Assembly: GCA_031425615.1 (NCBI GenBank)
Contig: JANPJR010000030.1
Location: forward strand, 210,492-274,491
Direction: 5' to 3'
Source of the DNA: Cytophagales bacterium
GTDB taxonomy: Bacteria; Bacteroidota; Bacteroidia; Cytophagales; Microscillaceae
Length of the DNA stretch: 64,000 nucleotides
The notes under the pieces are model-generated. The model ran no database searches, was not told the DNA's origin, and worked only from the letters and a program-made list of their open reading frames with translations. Positions 59,153-64,000 of this stretch are shown one piece after another (the first letter of the stretch is position 1; each line of letters starts with the position of its first letter). The position numbers were made by a program, and so were the translations under genes.

Positions 59153-59509
59153 ATGGCAAATATTATTAATGAAAAAAGTTTTGCATTTGCAGTAAGATAT
59201 GTAAAAATGGCACAACATCTACAAGACACCAAGAAAGAATTTATCATGAGCAAACAATTACTGCGTTGTGGTACATCAGTAGGAGCAAATGTAAGAGAAG
59301 CCCAATATGGAGAAAGTAAAAAAGATTTTATTCATAAATTAGCCATTGCCCAAAAAGAATGTAATGAAAGTTTATATTGGGTAGAATTATTATATGCTAC
59401 TTCTTACTTGACCGAAAAAGAATATCAGTCTATACAAATGGATTTAGAAGAACTTTTAAAAATCCTTACAAGCATTATTGTTACTACAAAAAAAACAATT
59501 AATGATTAA
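59153..59509 (+). CDS. four-helix-bundle protein (TIGR02436 / '23S rRNA intervening-sequence protein' family)
   Basis: 118 aa with 'SFAFAVRYVKMAQ...LLRCGTSVGANVREAQYGESKKDFIHKLAIAQKECNESLYWVELL', a characteristic family signature. Inserted between the MFP and RND genes. Confidence 0.8.
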   Translation: MANIINEKSFAFAVRYVKMAQHLQDTKKEFIMSKQLLRCGTSVGANVREAQYGESKKDFIHKLAIAQKECNESLYWVELLYATSYLTEKEYQSIQMDLEELLKILTSIIVTTKKTIND

Positions 59510-59599
59510 TGGTTAATGATTAAATAAAAAAAGCACAAAATAGAATTAATAAAACACTCACAATTAATAATTAATAATTAATAATTAATCATTAAAAAT
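59510..59599. repeat. TAAT-palindrome-rich right flank of four-helix-bundle gene
   Basis: 'ttaatggttaatgattaa ... aattaataattaataattaataattaatcattaaaaat' immediately before the RND start. Confidence 0.8.
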
Positions 59600-62500
59600 A
59601 TGACACTTACCGAATTAGCAGTAAAACGACCAAGTTTGATAGTCGTTATATTCTCTGTACTTACATTTTTGGGCGTATTTAGTTACATGACCTTAGGTTA
59701 TGAACTTATGCCCAAGTTCTCATTACCCATTGTTACCATTACTACTGCATATCCTGGTGCCTCACCAAAGGAAGTAGAAACATCTGTAAGCAAAAAGATA
59801 GAAGATGCAGTTGCAGTCATGGAAGGCATTTCCACAATCCGCTCCATATCACAAGAAAGTTTCTCAACTGTAATCATAGAGTTCAATGCAGGAACAAAAA
59901 TTGATGATGCTGTGCTTGATGCCCAAAGAAAATTAAACGCAGTTATCTCTACCCTGCCAACAGATGCCAAAACACCAAGCGTAAGCAAAATATCTTTTTC
60001 AGAAGCCCCTATTATTCGTATGGGTGTAGCAGGTAAAGTATCACCTACCGAACTATTTGATGTGGTAAAACAACGTATCGTACCCGCTCTTACCAAAATA
60101 AATGGCGTAGGTGCAGTAGATTTGGTTGGTGGTGAAGAAAGAGAAATCAGAATTAATGTAAATAAAAAGAAATTGGAGGCTTACAATATCTCTATTCTCC
60201 AAGTTTCGCAAGCTATCCAAAAATCTAATCTGGATTTTCCAACAGGTAAAATCAAAACCCAAGATAATCAAAATCTAATCCGTCTTGCAGGAAAATTTAA
60301 AAGCATAAAAGAATTAGAAACCGTTATCATAGCAACTGACCGCGCAGGTTCACCTATTTATCTCTCGCAAGTAGCAGAAGTACAAGATGCCCAAAAAGAA
60401 ATAGAGAAAATAACACACGTAGATGGCAACAATTCCATAGGCTTGATGATAAGAAAACAATCTGATGCTAATGCAGTAGAAGTAAAAAAACAGGTAATGA
60501 AAGAGTTAGCCAGCCTTGAAAAAATGTATGCCAAGCAACAAATAAAGTTTTCCATAGCACAAGACACTACAGAATTTACCATGAAAGCTGCAGAAGCGGT
60601 AATGGAAGATTTATTGTTGGCAGTGCTATTGGTAGCAAGCGTAATGTTATTGTTTTTGCATAGCTGGCGAAATGCGTTGATAGTAATGGTAGCCATTCCT
60701 GCCTCTATTGTTTCCACATTTATAGCCATGTTTGTATTAGGCTTTACCTTAAACTTAATGACCCTCCTTGCACTTTCATTAGTGGTAGGTATATTGGTAG
60801 ATGATAGCATCGTAGTATTGGAAAATATACACCGACATCTGGAAATGGGCAAAGACCCTCAAACAGCTGCCTTAGATGGTAGGCAAGAGATAGGATTTTC
60901 TGCCATGTCTATTACACTTGTGGACGTAGTGGTATTCTTACCAATTGCACTTGTAAGCGGACTAATCTCTAATATCCTTAGACAATTTTCGCTTGTAGTT
61001 GTAGTATCTACATTGATGAGTTTATTTGTGTCATTTACTGTAACACCTTTGTTAGCCTCACGTTTTTCAAAAGCAGAACACCTAAATCCTAAAACATTCT
61101 TTGGTGCATTTATTATATGGTTTGAAAAACAATTAGATTACCTCACTGCCTCTTATATAAGCCTGCTTAAAGTATCATTGCGTTACAAATTATTAACTTT
61201 GATGGTAGCTTTCGGTTTGTTTTTTAGCTCTTTTTTATTAGGAACGTATGGTTTTATAGGGTCAGAGTTTGTAACTACAGGAGATAGAGGGGAATTTATT
61301 ATAAATGTTGAGCTTCCAAAAGACGCAACCGTAGAACAAACAAATAGAATTAGCCAAAAAGCAGAAAAATTGCTGTTTGAAAATAAATATGTTACAGGTA
61401 TATTTACCACAGTAGGGGCAACTTCTGAACTTATTGGCGGACAAGCAACTGTATTTAAGGCTGAATTAAACGTAAAGCTGGTTGAACGTGCAGAACGCCC
61501 CTATCCTTCAGGCATAATGGCTACCCTTATTCGCAATGAAATTGCTGAAAAAATAGCAGGTGCCAAAATCACAACTTCAGAGGTAAGTTTTACAGGACAA
61601 GCCAACAACGCACCTTTACAATTTGTGCTTGCAGGAAATAATAATGACACTTTATTCAAATATGCCCAAATCCTAAGAGATAAAATCAGCAAGATTCCAG
61701 GCACAGTCAATATAAAACTTTCTGCAGAGAATGGTAACCCAGAAATATCTGTCCAAATTGACAAAAAACGTATGTCTGATTTAGGATTAAGCATGGACGC
61801 AGTAGGTGCTACTATGCAAAATGCTTTTAGTGGCAACGATAAATCAGAATTTGAAGATGGTGATTATAATTATGACATCAATATTAAATTAGATGACTTT
61901 GACCGAAAAAACATTGATGATGTTGCTTCACTTATTTTTGTTAATAATCAAGGACAAAACATCAAGTTAAGTCAATTTTCCCAAATAAATCAAACCACAG
62001 GAGCCTCCAAACTTGAACGCAGGGGGCGTATGTCTTCCGTAGTGATAGAAGGACAAGTATTAGGGCGTACCGTAGGAGATGTAGGGGGCGATATTGATAA
62101 AATAATTGCAAGTACAAAACTCCCTACCGACATTACTGTAAGCAAAGATGGCGACCTCAAACGTCAAGGCGAGGCATTTGGAAGTTTAGGCTTTGCGTTA
62201 TTAGCCTCTATCCTATTCATGTATTTGATTATGGTGGCATTATACGACAGTTACATATATCCATTTGTCGTATTGTTCTCCATACCTGTTGCTATCATGG
62301 GTGCATTGTTGGCACTTGCCCTTACCATGAGTTCATTGAGCATATTCTCTATGTTGGGTATGATAATGCTCGTGGGATTGGTGGCAAAAAATGCAATTCT
62401 CTTAGTGGATTTTGCAAATCAGATGAAACAAGAAAGAGGAATGAATACATACGATGCCTTAATAGAGGCTGGACATACCCGACTCCGCCCTATTTTGATG

Positions 62501-62758
62501 ACAACCATAGCTATGGTACTTGGTATGCTCCCTATTGCACTTGCAAAGGGGGCTGGTGCAGAGTGGAAGAACGGTCTTGCTTGGGCATTGATAGGTGGAT
62601 TAAGCAGTTCTATGCTCTTAACATTGGTAGTTGTGCCTGTAATGTATAGTTTGGCAGATAGCATGATTGCATTTGTAAATAAAATAATGGGTGTAACCAC
62701 AAAAGAAATAAATACAACCACACCAGAAAAAAAAGAGGAAGCTATCGCTTTACATTAG
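59600..62758 (+). CDS. RND multidrug efflux permease (AcrB/HAE1 family)
   Basis: 1052 aa with 12 TM helices and two large periplasmic loops, starting 'MTLTELAVKRPSLIVVIF'. Confidence 0.9.
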   Translation: MTLTELAVKRPSLIVVIFSVLTFLGVFSYMTLGYELMPKFSLPIVTITTAYPGASPKEVETSVSKKIEDAVAVMEGISTIRSISQESFSTVIIEFNAGTKIDDAVLDAQRKLNAVISTLPTDAKTPSVSKISFSEAPIIRMGVAGKVSPTELFDVVKQRIVPALTKINGVGAVDLVGGEEREIRINVNKKKLEAYNISILQVSQAIQKSNLDFPTGKIKTQDNQNLIRLAGKFKSIKELETVIIATDRAGSPIYLSQVAEVQDAQKEIEKITHVDGNNSIGLMIRKQSDANAVEVKKQVMKELASLEKMYAKQQIKFSIAQDTTEFTMKAAEAVMEDLLLAVLLVASVMLLFLHSWRNALIVMVAIPASIVSTFIAMFVLGFTLNLMTLLALSLVVGILVDDSIVVLENIHRHLEMGKDPQTAALDGRQEIGFSAMSITLVDVVVFLPIALVSGLISNILRQFSLVVVVSTLMSLFVSFTVTPLLASRFSKAEHLNPKTFFGAFIIWFEKQLDYLTASYISLLKVSLRYKLLTLMVAFGLFFSSFLLGTYGFIGSEFVTTGDRGEFIINVELPKDATVEQTNRISQKAEKLLFENKYVTGIFTTVGATSELIGGQATVFKAELNVKLVERAERPYPSGIMATLIRNEIAEKIAGAKITTSEVSFTGQANNAPLQFVLAGNNNDTLFKYAQILRDKISKIPGTVNIKLSAENGNPEISVQIDKKRMSDLGLSMDAVGATMQNAFSGNDKSEFEDGDYNYDINIKLDDFDRKNIDDVASLIFVNNQGQNIKLSQFSQINQTTGASKLERRGRMSSVVIEGQVLGRTVGDVGGDIDKIIASTKLPTDITVSKDGDLKRQGEAFGSLGFALLASILFMYLIMVALYDSYIYPFVVLFSIPVAIMGALLALALTMSSLSIFSMLGMIMLVGLVAKNAILLVDFANQMKQERGMNTYDALIEAGHTRLRPILMTTIAMVLGMLPIALAKGAGAEWKNGLAWALIGGLSSSMLLTLVVVPVMYSLADSMIAFVNKIMGVTTKEINTTTPEKKEEAIALH

Positions 62759-62806
62759 CAGAGCCATTGGATAATAATTAATTTCTTCTATTTATAATGA
62801 TACCAT

Positions 62807-62850
62807 AAAAAAAAGGTTTTAATGCTATAGCATTAAAACCTTTTTGATTT
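62807..62850. terminator. bidirectional terminator after RND pump gene
   Basis: Stem 'aaaaggttttaatgc-tata-gcattaaaacctttt' followed by a T-run. Confidence 0.8.
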
Positions 62851-62866
62851 TTAAATTAAATCTTTA

Positions 62867-63244
62867 CTACACATCTTTTTTTACCTTAATTTTCGGGCTG
62901 TCATCTACCACAAATCCCCAATCACCCATCTTTTTCGGGTTTTTTGGGAAGCTGGCTTTTAATAATGACTTACTTACACGTGTAATCTCTTGAATTTCAG
63001 GAAAAAAATTGTCCCTTTCTCTATAACATTCCTCCATTTTACGTTTTAGTTCTTCTGCTTCAAGATGTTTTTCTAAACACAATTTTATTTTTTCACCCAT
63101 TTCGTCCCAATTCATGCCCTCTATATTTTTTAATAGTGAGGTTTGTCCATCTAATTTGTGCTTTTCATACACTTTTTTAGCAAGTGCAAGATGTTCTTCA
63201 ATGTTTGAAGGAATAGAAACACGACCTTTTGTTGTTTTAGCCAT
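62867..63244 (-). CDS. hypothetical protein
   Basis: 125-aa Lys/Glu-rich ORF with a terminator downstream. No recognisable family. Confidence 0.4.
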   Translation of the reverse strand: MAKTTKGRVSIPSNIEEHLALAKKVYEKHKLDGQTSLLKNIEGMNWDEMGEKIKLCLEKHLEAEELKRKMEECYRERDNFFPEIQEITRVSKSLLKASFPKNPKKMGDWGFVVDDSPKIKVKKDV

Positions 63245-63551
63245 AATAATTAAATGTTTTGTGTAAATAAATTTTTATTTTTTTAGTATTAACAAATGTT
63301 AAATTACATATAACAAATATAAAATTACAAATTATAAATGTTATTATATGTTTTTTATAAAAAATATGCAACATTTTATATAAAATTTTACGCCTAATAC
63401 GTATAATTATACAAATAATGTTTGTAATTGCACAAATATAAAAACGTAGGCGTGCATAAATTTTATTTTACATGCAAATTATATTGTTTTTTTGTAAAAT
63501 ACAAAATATTATACAATAATTTTTAAAATAAATTTTTAAAATTATTTTTGT

Positions 63552-64000
63552 TTAATGTGCGTAAAGTTTTTTTATTTTGTCATAATCAATTTTTGAATAA
63601 TGTCTTGCATCTCTTGGTATTTTTTTTACAAATATAATATTATCAAAAACAAAGTTTAATGTATCAAAAAGCATTGTAATTTGTTGTATAATGGTTGTTT
63701 TTAATACATTTTTAAATGTTGTTGTATCTTTTTCTACAAAAATTATAATTTTATTATTTATTTCTAATACCGTAGCAATATTTATTCCTTGTATTTGCAA
63801 AAAATAATGTTCTACCATAAAAGGAAATATCAACATATTATCTTTTTGTATGATATTGACACATTTTCCTGTAAGAAAAAGATTATTTTCATTATCTATA
63901 TAACCACTATCCCCTGTCCTATGCCAACAAATTGTATCATTTTGATTTGTTACACGTATTTTATTTTGTTTCATGGCTACATCATCATTTATATATTGTG
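63552..64000 (-). CDS. AMP-dependent synthetase/ligase family protein, C-terminal part (gene continues beyond window end)
   Basis: 'WHRTGDSGYIDNENNLFLTGKCVNIIQ' is AMP-binding motif-like. The frame is open from 63974 to the window edge, so the listed Met is internal. Confidence 0.55.
   Translation of the reverse strand, partial: QYINDDVAMKQNKIRVTNQNDTICWHRTGDSGYIDNENNLFLTGKCVNIIQKDNMLIFPFMVEHYFLQIQGINIATVLEINNKIIIFVEKDTTTFKNVLKTTIIQQITMLFDTLNFVFDNIIFVKKIPRDARHYSKIDYDKIKKLYAH

Overview
Low-GC (about 30-33%) Bacteroidota-type chromosomal segment, judged from a T9SS type-B C-terminal sorting domain, TPR-type histidine kinases, a LytTR regulator, a DUF3108 protein and an S16 with a long C-terminal extension. 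Most of the window is housekeeping: recQ, queE, ribE, lpdA, mrp/apbC, ndk, rpsP, hppD, lgt, rlmD, aguB. Transport and regulation genes include MscS, a DAACS symporter, a TetR-TolC pair and an MFP-RND pair. I found no rRNA, tRNA, CRISPR array, transposase or integrase. Five accessory or unusual items stand out. (1) An 833-aa protein at 30750-33251 has clear sequence features of a major vault protein (MVP) homologue, which is rare in bacteria. (2) A four-gene minus-strand insertion (52911-57433) between rlmD and an RND operon carries an OLD/ABC-type AAA ATPase and an unknown 399-aa partner, which looks like a defence module. (3) A four-helix-bundle ('23S rRNA IVS protein' family) gene sits between the MFP and RND pump genes, flanked by TAAT-palindrome repeats. 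(4) A 1045-aa GAF/coiled-coil/2xPAS protein has no output domain and an internal 84-bp tandem repeat. (5) The intergenic DNA is full of short heptamer-periodic tandem repeats just upstream of start codons, several dispersed repeat families, and a perfect 16-bp inverted repeat shared by the tetR-tolC and MFP-RND promoter regions (likely a TetR operator). Several clean bidirectional rho-independent terminators lie between convergent genes. All calls rest on reading the translations and DNA by eye; no searches were run.
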